The position numbers and the translations under genes are program-made. Positions 1 through 8,702 of a stretch of 55,725 bases of DNA are shown here, piece after piece. The notes under the pieces were generated by a model. The model searched no databases and had not been told where the DNA came from. It saw only the letters and a program-made list of their open reading frames with translations. Numbering within the stretch: the stretch's first letter is position 1; each line of letters opens with the position of its first letter. Source of the stretch: a virus. Its lineage: Duplodnaviria; Caudoviricetes. Location of the stretch: the IMG/VR virus record IMGVR_UViG_3300046001_005126, positions 1-55,725 of that record. One strand, written 5' to 3'.

Positions 1-126
1 GGTGCGCGATGGAGTTGTTCCTGACGAACTGATCAAACGAACTTCCGAGTCTATCGTCATCGTCCACTAAGAACCCACCACCACCGCGCGGAATTGTCCG
101 CGCGGTTTTCCATTTTCAGCATTTGA
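1..126. repeat. Terminal direct repeat / assembly overlap (copy 1; copy 2 at 55599-55724)
   Basis: Bases 1-126 match 55599-55724 exactly; only the last base (55725) differs from base 127. Confidence 0.95.
83..110 (+). terminator. Probable intrinsic terminator after the 55279-55668 gene (across the circular junction)
   Basis: accgcgcgga-attg-tccgcgcggt hairpin followed by a short T run. Confidence 0.6.
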
Positions 127-140
127 ACAGGATTGAAACC

Positions 141-923
141 ATGAAATTATTGTCCCCAGCATCGGCGAACACGAAGACACGCAAGAGCGCGGAGAAGGCG
201 CGGGAATATCGGATTGTCTCATTGATGTTAGCACCAGCCGACAGCGCCAATGGGAAGACCGTTTGTAGTCACTCGACAAGCGCTTGCGAACGTCTTTGTG
301 TCGGAGGCGACGGAATTGGGCTTGCGCAGGTATTTCAGACAATAGGCCAAAGCCGGCGTGACAAGGTAAATTGGCTGCATGCAGACCGCGCAGCATTCAT
401 GAAGCAACTTGAGACCGAACTGGAAACGGAACAACGTCTGGCAGATCGAGACGGGACTACGCTTGTCGCTCGTTTGAATTGTTTTAGTGACCTGAATTGG
501 TTTTCCCTGATTCGTCGTTTTCCGTCCATGGTCGCCTATGATTACACTAAAAACCTACAGCGCATCACATCACCCGACAAGCCTGAAAACTATTGGCTGA
601 CCGGGAGCTTCACAGAGAACAAAGCAAACCAACGGGAATGCATTGAACTCTTGCGTAGGGGTGAGAATATCGCGATTGCGTTTGCTGATCTCAATGGCCA
701 TTTTGTAGGCAATCGGGCCCTGAATCAGAGAATACCGAAGACGTGGACGCTTGACGGAACCGAGTTCAACGTGCTGGACGGCGACGACTCGGACTTGAGA
801 ATGCTAGACAGACGCGCCAAGCCCGGAAAGCCCGGATATATCGTGGCTCTTCGCCTCAAGAGCGGGACATCGGAACAACGTCGGGAGTCTATTGAATCCG
901 GATTTTGCCAGATTATTGAGTGA
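141..923 (+). CDS. GP88-family phage protein (Cys cluster, possibly Fe-S binding)
   Basis: CxxxxxxCxxxC, RLNxFSD, YDYTK and DGDDSDLR motifs typical of GP88-like proteins; ATG at 141 preferred over TTG at 123. Confidence 0.75.
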   Translation: MKLLSPASANTKTRKSAEKAREYRIVSLMLAPADSANGKTVCSHSTSACERLCVGGDGIGLAQVFQTIGQSRRDKVNWLHADRAAFMKQLETELETEQRLADRDGTTLVARLNCFSDLNWFSLIRRFPSMVAYDYTKNLQRITSPDKPENYWLTGSFTENKANQRECIELLRRGENIAIAFADLNGHFVGNRALNQRIPKTWTLDGTEFNVLDGDDSDLRMLDRRAKPGKPGYIVALRLKSGTSEQRRESIESGFCQIIE

Positions 924-939
924 TACGACCTGAAGACGG

Positions 940-972
940 AAACGCCGAGCACATTGTGCTCGGCGTTTTTTT
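940..972 (+). terminator. Rho-independent terminator
   Basis: aaacgccgagcac-att-gtgctcggcgttt stem plus T run directly after the GP88-like gene. Confidence 0.9.
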
Positions 973-1170
973 GTGCGCCGGATGGCTGCAGCCTCGACTG
1001 TGATCCGGATGTCTGCAGCGCATCGAATTCGAACTATCGACGAAATCGTAGGGGCGGCGAAGGGGGCATTAACGATGTCACTCAACTACTCCAAAAATAA
1101 AAAACAAATTTGCGTTCCATTTCTCCAACATTTCGTCTACACTTCTACTTCCATCAACAAGGATCCCATC

Positions 1171-1395
1171 ATGTCCATCAAGCCAATGGTCCAGTCTCAC
1201 GAGTTCTACGAAAAGATCTCCCCGCTCTTTGGGAGTCTTCCGCCGCACATTACGAAGATGTCAATCTATTTGGACTTTGCCTCTGTTCTTCCGGTTGTCA
1301 TCAAGGCCGAGTTCTTCTGTGACATCGCGGAGAACGGCGATTTCATCAGTGATAAGCAGGAGACAGCGTTCTTCAAGTTAGTGAGGGAAGAATGA
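1171..1395 (+). CDS. Hypothetical protein
   Basis: ATG after aagga; stop overlaps the next ATG (ATGA). Confidence 0.6.
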   Translation: MSIKPMVQSHEFYEKISPLFGSLPPHITKMSIYLDFASVLPVVIKAEFFCDIAENGDFISDKQETAFFKLVREE

Positions 1396-1565
1396 AGCAA
1401 ATATTACTGACTCGCCTCGAAGCCGAATGGCTCTTAAAGAAAACTTTGGACCGCAAGTCCGAGGTTTTATGCGATGACAACCGTCCGGAGTATTACGATC
1501 GTGAACTGATTGCGTTTTTTGACAGTATTATCAGCAAGCTATGTGCATCGATAGAAATTCCATGA
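1392..1565 (+). CDS. Hypothetical protein, 57 aa (not in ORF track)
   Basis: MKQILLTRLEAEWLLKK...; ATGA overlaps at both ends. Confidence 0.6.
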   Translation: MKQILLTRLEAEWLLKKTLDRKSEVLCDDNRPEYYDRELIAFFDSIISKLCASIEIP

Positions 1566-1765
1566 CCCAAACAAACCCCGGTTCCCCCGCAGCAATCGCG
1601 GCAGGTTGTCTCTGCCCGATCTCGATGAACAACCAGGGCAACGGCGTATCGACGAACACGCCGAATCTGCGTCGGTTCATTCATGCGAACGCATGTCCGT
1701 TGCATGGCGTTTACATTCCGCAAAACACCACCATCACAATCGACAGTTCAGGAGTCCAGCGATGA
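1562..1765 (+). CDS. Small Cys/His (putative Zn-binding) phage protein
   Basis: NPGSPAAIAAGCLCP...CPLHG pattern recurrent in small phage proteins; coupled to neighbours. Confidence 0.65.
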   Translation: MTQTNPGSPAAIAAGCLCPISMNNQGNGVSTNTPNLRRFIHANACPLHGVYIPQNTTITIDSSGVQR

Positions 1766-2100
1766 TCCGTAATTCCATTCTTACCTTGCTCATGATCGCC
1801 ACAAGCCGAATAGCAACTGCCGGCGAATCAGCGAGTGACCGGCATTTTGCGGCGATGGAGGCGAGGGTTTCTGTGCCAGTGGCAGAGAAACAAGAACCGC
1901 CACAGCCAGCGAAGCCTCCCATCAGGAAGATCACAAAGAAGCCGACGCCACGAGAGTTGCACCTTGCGGATCAGGCCCGTCACCTCGCGCAGCGAGTCGC
2001 CCCACCGAAGGTGACCTTCGACGGTGTTTACTACTGGAACGAGGCGGGAGAGTGTGTTGGGATGCGAACGCGGTGTAAGGCGTGTAGAATCGGGCGTTAG
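1762..2100 (+). CDS. Hypothetical protein with signal-peptide-like N-terminus
   Basis: ATG after aggag; MIRNSILTLLMIATS hydrophobic start; C-terminal CxxC. Confidence 0.6.
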   Translation: MIRNSILTLLMIATSRIATAGESASDRHFAAMEARVSVPVAEKQEPPQPAKPPIRKITKKPTPRELHLADQARHLAQRVAPPKVTFDGVYYWNEAGECVGMRTRCKACRIGR

Positions 2101-2156
2101 TTCAACAGGTTTCACAGCGTCGTGAAACACAACAACCATTAGCCGAAGGATCACAA

Positions 2157-2414
2157 ATGTCGAAGCAGTTTCGTTTCAGGATTAACGTCGAGTGTGACGT
2201 TCAGAACGCGGATTCCGAGTCGATTGCACGGACAGCAGCATTTGCACTGCTGACTCAGATGCAGTCGGAGAAGAAGCGGGGTCGTCCGTCCTCGGACGTG
2301 AAGGCGACGATTACGGGGGTAAGCATTGAGGATCAGGAGAAAACAAAGCCTGCACTTCAGGAAATTTGCAGTCGAATCGCGAAGACAATCGACGTAACCG
2401 AACGCGACCAGTAA
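2157..2414 (+). CDS. Hypothetical protein
   Basis: ATG with gaagga RBS; 85 aa. Confidence 0.65.
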   Translation: MSKQFRFRINVECDVQNADSESIARTAAFALLTQMQSEKKRGRPSSDVKATITGVSIEDQEKTKPALQEICSRIAKTIDVTERDQ

Positions 2415-2482
2415 GTCTCTCCCCGAAAGCAGTCAGCGATTCCCCCGAGTCGCTGGCTGCTTGTTTTGTTTGAAGGCCGAAA

Positions 2483-2779
2483 ATGAGATCATCCCGAGCC
2501 TCCCACACTCACGTTCGACACAAGATCGAGCAGATCACGAACGACACGGAGCAGATCAACCAGATTCTGGTGAACCACGCTCCGGATATCATCGACCTGC
2601 TGACCGAGACTCACTCGCTCCGTCAGGTGGCTCGTCGTGTGAAGAGATCACCGACATATTTAAGTCAGGTGAAGAACGGGAAGCAGAGGATCTCGTGGGA
2701 GACGTATTGCCTGTTGGTGATGTTGCTTGAAGAGGGCGAGAACTCTGATAAAATGAAATCATCGTCGCGTGCAAGGTGA
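2483..2779 (+). CDS. XRE/Cro-like helix-turn-helix protein
   Basis: SLRQVARRVKRSPTYLSQVKNGK matches the HTH_XRE pattern. Confidence 0.75.
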   Translation: MRSSRASHTHVRHKIEQITNDTEQINQILVNHAPDIIDLLTETHSLRQVARRVKRSPTYLSQVKNGKQRISWETYCLLVMLLEEGENSDKMKSSSRAR

Positions 2780-2855
2780 CAACGAAACATCCGGGTTAAA
2801 CCCTGGACTAAAACCGTCGATGAGCTGCTTGCACCAGTTTGTCGGCGGTTTTTTT
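2764..2855 (+). promoter_or_regulatory. Structured leader/attenuator with complementary hairpin loops
   Basis: Hairpin with loop GTGCAAG (2769-2775); long terminator-like hairpin with loop CTTGCAC (2828-2834) plus T run; TGaTAAAAT extended -10 at 2746-2754. Confidence 0.55.
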
Positions 2856-2868
2856 GTGGAGATTGGTG

Positions 2869-3384
2869 ATGGAAACTTCGGAACTAAGGCAGAGAATCCT
2901 TTCAATCGTAGAGTATGACTACGAGACAGGATTATTCAGGAGACTTGTTGCGTCGAAGGGGTGCAGCCTTAAAATCGGATGGACAAAAGGATCGTTGAGT
3001 TATCGAGGCTACCGAAAGATGAACCTGCTGAAGAAGTCTTATGAGCTTCATCGAATCGCGTGGCTCATTCATTACGGGGATTGGCCGAAGAAAAACATCG
3101 ACCACATCAACGGAGACAAGTCCGACAACCGAATCTGCAATCTGAGAGATGCGACAGTCGCTGAGAACGCCAGAAACATGAGCAAGAGTAGGGCGAACAC
3201 TTCAGGTCACGTTGGAGTGAGATATTACGAAAAAATCAGGAAATGGCGTGCTGAAATAAAGGTGAATTACAAGAATATTTCCATAGGCCACTTCAGCACA
3301 AAAGAGGAAGCCATTGAAGCAAGAAAGTCTGCTGAAATTGCTCATGGGTTTCATCCTAACCACGGCAGGCAAAAACAGAAATGA
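2869..3384 (+). CDS. HNH endonuclease with C-terminal AP2-like domain
   Basis: HRIAW...IDHINGDKSDNRICNLR; NTSGHVGV...KWRAEI...IGHF. Confidence 0.92.
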   Translation: METSELRQRILSIVEYDYETGLFRRLVASKGCSLKIGWTKGSLSYRGYRKMNLLKKSYELHRIAWLIHYGDWPKKNIDHINGDKSDNRICNLRDATVAENARNMSKSRANTSGHVGVRYYEKIRKWRAEIKVNYKNISIGHFSTKEEAIEARKSAEIAHGFHPNHGRQKQK

Positions 3385-4814
3385 AGCTCTCAGATCCACA
3401 ATACAGAGTTTTGGTAACAGAGGCAGAGTGGACCTGCTATGGCGGAGCTGCGGGCTCGGGAAAGTCACATATTGTCACACTTGACATGCTCAGGCACTGT
3501 CAGGGTCCGCATGCGAACCCGATGTTTCGCGGTTTGATCATGCGCCGTACATACCCACAGTTAACGAAGTCTGGCGCACTTTTGGATCACTGCAGGACGA
3601 TGTACGCACCATACGGCGCGATTTACAATCACACTCGCAACGAGTTTGAATTCCCGTGCGGGGCTAAGATTGCATTGGGATCCTGCCAGTTTGAGAAGAA
3701 CCTCGAGGACTATCAGGGAGCCCAGCTTGACGCATTGGCAATTGACGAGGCGACACAGTGGCCGCTGAAGTTCGTGCAGTACCTCTGGGGTCGCGCGAGA
3801 AGCAAGTCCGGGATCAAGCCGAGAATGAAGCTCAGCATGAACCCGGATAATGATTCTTGGTTGTACAGATTCCTGTATTGGTGGCTGAATCCAGAGACAG
3901 GGTTGCCGATCCCCGAGCGATCAGGAGTCATTCGGCACTTCAGGTACGTCGAACCGGATTTTCACTGGTACGACGAACCTCAGTATGAGATCAACGAAGA
4001 GACGGGCGAGAACGAGTGTGTTACGACATCAGCGACATTCATCGGCGCGACGCTGCGAGACAACACGCACCTGATGCAGTCAGACCCTGCCTACCGTCAA
4101 CGACTCGAGCAAATGTCGGATGACGACAGGGATCGTTTCTTGAACGGCTGCTGGCTCGCCTCCTCAAAGACTGGTGCCGAGTGGGACAGAGAGCTCTTTA
4201 CAAATCTCTACATCCCGCTGGAAAAGTTCCCCATCCCGAAACACGCCAACGACATTGTCCGAATGTTCTGCGTCGACCCAAGCAAGGGGCGCTCCGTCAA
4301 GAAGGGGGATTATTCGGCAATTGTTTGCATGGCACAAACGTCAGAACTGGCGTATGTCGATGCGGACTTAAAACGACGATCGCCGTCGGAGATCATCGAG
4401 GACTTATTCCTGTTCTGCGATCAGGATCACCACCGGATCAGATCAGGCGACCTGATTGGGATTGAATCGACGCAGTTTCAGAGTATTTTTCGCGACTTGA
4501 TCATGAACTACGCGGCGAATCATCGGGATTATGCGTTGTCGAAATACCTCATGTCTGGAGGGATAATTATCCCGGTCGAGGACATGCTGAAGAAGGAAAT
4601 GAGGATCCGGAGAGGCCTGGATAAACGACTGACGCAGCGAGAGTTCCGGTTCCTTGAGAATCCGGGGACGACGCTTCTGCTGCAGCAGATTAAGCAGTTC
4701 GACGGCATCCCGGGCGTCGGGAAACACGACGACGGGCCGGATGCATTGGCGATGTGTACTCAGTTGCCGCGATATGAGCAGGAATACTGGGAAAATCTGA
4801 GGAAGGAGAAGTGA
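3381..4814 (+). CDS. terL: Terminase large subunit
   Basis: Walker A GGAAGSGKS, Walker B AIDEA, SMNP motif, nuclease residues VDPS, DYSA and HDDGPDA. Confidence 0.95.
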   Translation: MKLSDPQYRVLVTEAEWTCYGGAAGSGKSHIVTLDMLRHCQGPHANPMFRGLIMRRTYPQLTKSGALLDHCRTMYAPYGAIYNHTRNEFEFPCGAKIALGSCQFEKNLEDYQGAQLDALAIDEATQWPLKFVQYLWGRARSKSGIKPRMKLSMNPDNDSWLYRFLYWWLNPETGLPIPERSGVIRHFRYVEPDFHWYDEPQYEINEETGENECVTTSATFIGATLRDNTHLMQSDPAYRQRLEQMSDDDRDRFLNGCWLASSKTGAEWDRELFTNLYIPLEKFPIPKHANDIVRMFCVDPSKGRSVKKGDYSAIVCMAQTSELAYVDADLKRRSPSEIIEDLFLFCDQDHHRIRSGDLIGIESTQFQSIFRDLIMNYAANHRDYALSKYLMSGGIIIPVEDMLKKEMRIRRGLDKRLTQREFRFLENPGTTLLLQQIKQFDGIPGVGKHDDGPDALAMCTQLPRYEQEYWENLRKEK

Positions 4815-4815
4815 C

Positions 4816-4983
4816 GTGAGTAAACGAGGATGCAATTCATGCCGAGAGAAATCAGATCCGGTCGGTGCTGCGATTCAGACGATCTCGATGGTCGTCGACC
4901 AATCGTTTCAGCAGAACGCGAACGTAGGAATTTACCGGCGTGCAGTGAGATCGACGTTTTGGTGGTGGAGGTTTCTTCGATGA
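4816..4983 (+). CDS. Hypothetical protein, 55 aa with CxxC (not in ORF track)
   Basis: GTG after gaaggag; MSKRGCNSCREK...FWWWRFLR; stop overlaps the ATG at 4980. Confidence 0.55.
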   Translation: MSKRGCNSCREKSDPVGAAIQTISMVVDQSFQQNANVGIYRRAVRSTFWWWRFLR

Positions 4984-5318
4984 TCGCGAAATACCAGTAT
5001 TCGGCGACCGTCATTTCGATTTACGACGGCGACACGATCACTGTGATGGTCGACCTTGGGTTTGGGTCGCACACGAAGCAGAAACTGAGACTGGCGCGGA
5101 TCAACACACCGGAAGTCAGAGGACCGCAGCGAGAACAGGGGATTGCGGCGAGGGACTATTTGATCGCCCTGATGCCGGCGGGATCTGAAATCGACGTGAG
5201 GACGATCAAGGACAGCCAGGAGAAGTACGGCAGATATCTGGCGGAAGTTTTCAAGGGCGATATTTGCGTGAATGACCTGCTCGTTCAGGCCGGAATGGCG
5301 GCATACAAGTCGTACTAA
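4980..5318 (+). CDS. Thermonuclease (SNase-like) family nuclease
   Basis: IYDGDTI..DLGF, LRLARINTPE, EKYGRYLA motifs; ggagg RBS. Confidence 0.9.
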   Translation: MIAKYQYSATVISIYDGDTITVMVDLGFGSHTKQKLRLARINTPEVRGPQREQGIAARDYLIALMPAGSEIDVRTIKDSQEKYGRYLAEVFKGDICVNDLLVQAGMAAYKSY

Positions 5319-5368
5319 GATTGTTTCGGCGTGTTTTCCTGTGTAATCTGCTGTCGAGGAGACATCAG

Positions 5369-6973
5369 ATGGCATATGCGAACGGTTTACCGACGAGTTG
5401 GGTGATTGAGAACGAGAAACTGGCAATCGAGGCTACGAAGGCTGCTGCGCGGATCTTCGAAGAACTTGGAGTCAGTTGCGGCGGAGTGAATGCTAACGGC
5501 GATCAGCTTCCGTTCGGTGGCGACGAGCCGTTCGAGAACATTCAGGATGTCCGAGAGGCAATTGTTCTCGGGGATCAGCTTGGCAGGTTGCCCTGGGGGA
5601 CAAATGCGAAGGACAATCGCAGTTATTACATCGCTGATACAGGGCACGCAATCACGGTAAAGCCGAGGGACGAGAATCAGCCGAACTCTGATGCGGTGAA
5701 GCGGATTGAGGCGTTCATTGAGCTGTGGACGGCTGAGAATCAGTGGCAAATGCGGCAGTCGGAAGTCAGTCAACGGTGCGATCGGCACGGTGAGGTGTTC
5801 GACCTGCTGAGTTACGACGACGACGGGATGGTCCGGGTTTACTTTGGCGAGCCACAGGATCTCGACGACGACCCGAAGAGCAGTTTCGTGGATCCGGACG
5901 ACGCTTCGAAGGAATACTTTGATTCGCTGGGCGTCCGGAAGACAAATGATCTCCGCGCTCAGCCGGTCGCGTACTTCCTGAAGGATGTTTGGTATCCGGA
6001 CCTGCGATTCGTCACGAAGATGACAAAGGACGGTAGTCTTGCGAATTACCGGGGCGACACGATTCCGCAGATGGAAGAATCTCAGGATCGGATTCTGGTT
6101 CAGCATCGCAAGAGAAACGTGTTGTCGGCGGATCCCCGGGGGCTCACTCTTTACTGGCCGGTACGCGAAGAACTGATCTTCGCGAAGAAGTTGCTGGCGA
6201 ATCTGATGCGAACGAGTTCGTTTCAGGCGGCGTTCGGTGCGATCCGGACAATCATGGGAAATCCGTCGAGCGATTCGGTCAAGAGTTACCTGAATACGCA
6301 GCAAAATGGCGGCGCGAGCAGCGGGCAATCAGAAACATACGACTTTCCGTCGGCAGCGGTTGTCACAATTCCGTCGCAGATCAAGTACGAGTTTCCGGAG
6401 ACAGGCGCCGGTAACAGTAACCACATAGAAACTCTGGTATCGCTGCTTCGGTCGTGCGCTGCGGGCATGAAACTGCCGGAGTTCATGCTGACGGCAAACG
6501 TCAGCGAGGGGAATTTCGCCTCGACGCTGGTTTCGGAGGGGCCGTTCCACAAGTCGATGCGGTTCGAGCAGTCTCTTATGGTGCAGGAAGACCTGCGGAT
6601 TCTGAAGCAGGCTCTGTGGTACGCTGCGGAGTCGGGACAGCATGACATCACAACGGCTGACGTGCTGCAGGTTGTGCTGGAGATCAAGCCGCCACGAGTT
6701 CAGACGAGAAACCGCCAGGAAGATCACGAGGTGATGAAAGACTGGTGGGATCGTGGCCTGCTGGGGAATAAGACGGTTCTGGCTCCGGAAGGGCTGGAAT
6801 CGGTGGCCGAGAATGCTCAGCGGAAGTCAGAACTGGTAACGGAGCTTCCGTTGCCGGCGGGATCGCCGCAATCGCCGCAGAACATGGGCACTCCGGGTCC
6901 AGTTGCGGGCAATAAAGCCGATCCGATGAAAGAAAAGGGTGTTTCGAAGAAAGATCCGACTCGAAACGCTTAA
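5369..6973 (+). CDS. Portal protein
   Basis: ~535 aa between terL and head protease; RHGEVF, RGLT and NFAS segments resemble portal motifs. Confidence 0.85.
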   Translation: MAYANGLPTSWVIENEKLAIEATKAAARIFEELGVSCGGVNANGDQLPFGGDEPFENIQDVREAIVLGDQLGRLPWGTNAKDNRSYYIADTGHAITVKPRDENQPNSDAVKRIEAFIELWTAENQWQMRQSEVSQRCDRHGEVFDLLSYDDDGMVRVYFGEPQDLDDDPKSSFVDPDDASKEYFDSLGVRKTNDLRAQPVAYFLKDVWYPDLRFVTKMTKDGSLANYRGDTIPQMEESQDRILVQHRKRNVLSADPRGLTLYWPVREELIFAKKLLANLMRTSSFQAAFGAIRTIMGNPSSDSVKSYLNTQQNGGASSGQSETYDFPSAAVVTIPSQIKYEFPETGAGNSNHIETLVSLLRSCAAGMKLPEFMLTANVSEGNFASTLVSEGPFHKSMRFEQSLMVQEDLRILKQALWYAAESGQHDITTADVLQVVLEIKPPRVQTRNRQEDHEVMKDWWDRGLLGNKTVLAPEGLESVAENAQRKSELVTELPLPAGSPQSPQNMGTPGPVAGNKADPMKEKGVSKKDPTRNA

Positions 6974-7051
6974 ATTCGGTTGCACAGCACTTGTCAAGTT
7001 CGTACAAAATGACTTATTGTCAATTTGGCGATTTGACAAAAGGAGTTTGCC

Positions 7052-7111
7052 ATGGGATGTGGCTGCGGAAATAAGAAGAAACCGAAGGGCGGCAAAGGCG
7101 GAACCAAATGA
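7052..7111 (+). CDS. 19-aa Cys/Lys micropeptide MGCGCGNKKKPKGGKGGTK (not in ORF track)
   Basis: Strong aaaggag RBS; TGA overlaps the ATG of the protease/scaffold gene. Confidence 0.65.
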   Translation: MGCGCGNKKKPKGGKGGTK

Positions 7112-8088
7112 GTGACATCCTCGTAACAGAAGATGCGTTCGAAGCCATTGCTGAAGATCGAATTGACCGAGAGCGGGGAATTATCCGTGGGGTTAAGTTG
7201 CTGGGGTTGAGAAGCCTCAACAAACGCAACTACGATACACCCGGAGTCCAGAAGTCAGCGATGAAACTGCTGCCGGGAACGTCGATTTACATCGACCACC
7301 CTCCGACAGCAACGACGAATCGCTCTTATCGGGACAAATTCGCTGTTGTTGGCCAGAAGGTTGAGTACCGTCCCGGCGAAGGCTACTTCGGGGACGTGCA
7401 TTTTAACCCGAAACATGCTGTTGCAGAACAGTTCTTGTGGGATGTTGTTAACGCTCCGAAGTCGTTGGGGATGTCGATCAATTCCTCAATCAAGTCCGGA
7501 AAAGTCGGTTCCGACGGGGACGTGATTGTCGAATCCATCGAGGTTCTCCGGTCTGTCGACATTGTTACGAAGCCGGCAACAACTGCTGGCATTTTCGAAT
7601 CAGAGGAAGAAGAGATCATGGACCTGAAGACACTCCGCGACAAGCATCCGGAATTAGTGAAGTCAATTCTCGAAGAATCACAGGCGACTGACGCGACCGA
7701 AGCCGCGCTCGCCCAGGCGAAGAAAGAGAAGGACGAGTTGAAAGCTCGTCTAGACGCACTGGAAGCCGAACGAGCGACTGAGAAGTTGCGAGGCGAAGTG
7801 TCTGCCGAGTTCACGAAGGTCTTCGAAGGCGTGACCATCGAAGCTGACCTGATGAAAGAAATCGTCGAGTGCGCCTGCGAAATGCAGGAAGGGGCTCGCA
7901 AGAAATTTGGTTCGGTTCTGTCCAAGATCAGCCCGATGCTGATCGATGACAATCCGGAAGACACAGAGGAAACCCCTGTCAAGGAAGAGGAAGAGCAGGC
8001 GAAGAAGCCAGCTTACCGTCCGACGCCAGGGAACAAGGCTGGTTACAAGAAGGGTTCTTTGCTTGAAGAACTCGGCCTGAAGAAGTAA
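7108..8088 (+). CDS. Prohead protease fused to scaffold
   Basis: S.N.R.Y, YIDHP, GMSIN and SVDIVTKPAT motifs; acidic coiled-coil C-terminal half. Confidence 0.85.
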   Translation: MSDILVTEDAFEAIAEDRIDRERGIIRGVKLLGLRSLNKRNYDTPGVQKSAMKLLPGTSIYIDHPPTATTNRSYRDKFAVVGQKVEYRPGEGYFGDVHFNPKHAVAEQFLWDVVNAPKSLGMSINSSIKSGKVGSDGDVIVESIEVLRSVDIVTKPATTAGIFESEEEEIMDLKTLRDKHPELVKSILEESQATDATEAALAQAKKEKDELKARLDALEAERATEKLRGEVSAEFTKVFEGVTIEADLMKEIVECACEMQEGARKKFGSVLSKISPMLIDDNPEDTEETPVKEEEEQAKKPAYRPTPGNKAGYKKGSLLEELGLKK

Positions 8089-8129
8089 TCACTGACCGTT
8101 TCGGTTCGTTTGTTTGAAAAGGGCGAGAC

Positions 8130-8663
8130 ATGCCACGCTGTTTGAATGTAATGCACCAGTACGGTCAGGTTCCTGCGGTCACTGACATCCGTCACATGAC
8201 TCCGCCTGACACTCTGGTTGATATGTGTCCTGGCGACTTCCTCGGAAGCGACAGTGCGACTGGAATCCTGAAGGCGGCTCTGATCCAGACGGATCAGGCA
8301 TGGGACACAAACTTGGCAACCACGCAGACTGCTGCGAAAGCCAAGTTTCAGGGTGTGAACCTGCAGGAAATCGATTCCGACGACGGTGTCTGCAACGACG
8401 CTCCGGATTGCATCCCGTTCGCACTTTATCGCGAAGGGTCAACCTTTCAGCGAGCTTACAAGATCGTCGATGTTGACGGGGCTGCTGCTCCGACGACCTG
8501 GACTCGCGGCCAAGGGTTCACGTTCGGCAAAGTTGCCGGATCGAATCTCTTGAGCAACGACACGATCCAGAAGACCGATACTGCCGGCCTGAAAGTGTTT
8601 CAGGCAGTGAATGACAGCGGAGCCGAAAGCCAGGCTTACGCTCTCGTCGAATTCAAGTCGTAA
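8130..8663 (+). CDS. Putative head decoration/cement protein
   Basis: 177 aa between scaffold and major capsid genes; positional inference. Confidence 0.6.
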   Translation: MPRCLNVMHQYGQVPAVTDIRHMTPPDTLVDMCPGDFLGSDSATGILKAALIQTDQAWDTNLATTQTAAKAKFQGVNLQEIDSDDGVCNDAPDCIPFALYREGSTFQRAYKIVDVDGAAAPTTWTRGQGFTFGKVAGSNLLSNDTIQKTDTAGLKVFQAVNDSGAESQAYALVEFKS

Positions 8664-8702
8664 TTTGTGTGGTGATTCCAAGGTTCAGACAAGGACAGTA
8701 AA

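Noticed and set aside
1-126. Biological terminal repeat of the virion DNA
   Set aside because: The length is close to a common assembler k-mer (127) and it cuts through a gene, so an assembly overlap is more likely.
4830-4979. N-terminal extension of the thermonuclease as given in the ORF track
   Set aside because: The nuclease domain starts at ATG 4980 with its own RBS; the upstream DNA is better explained by the 4816-4983 ORF.
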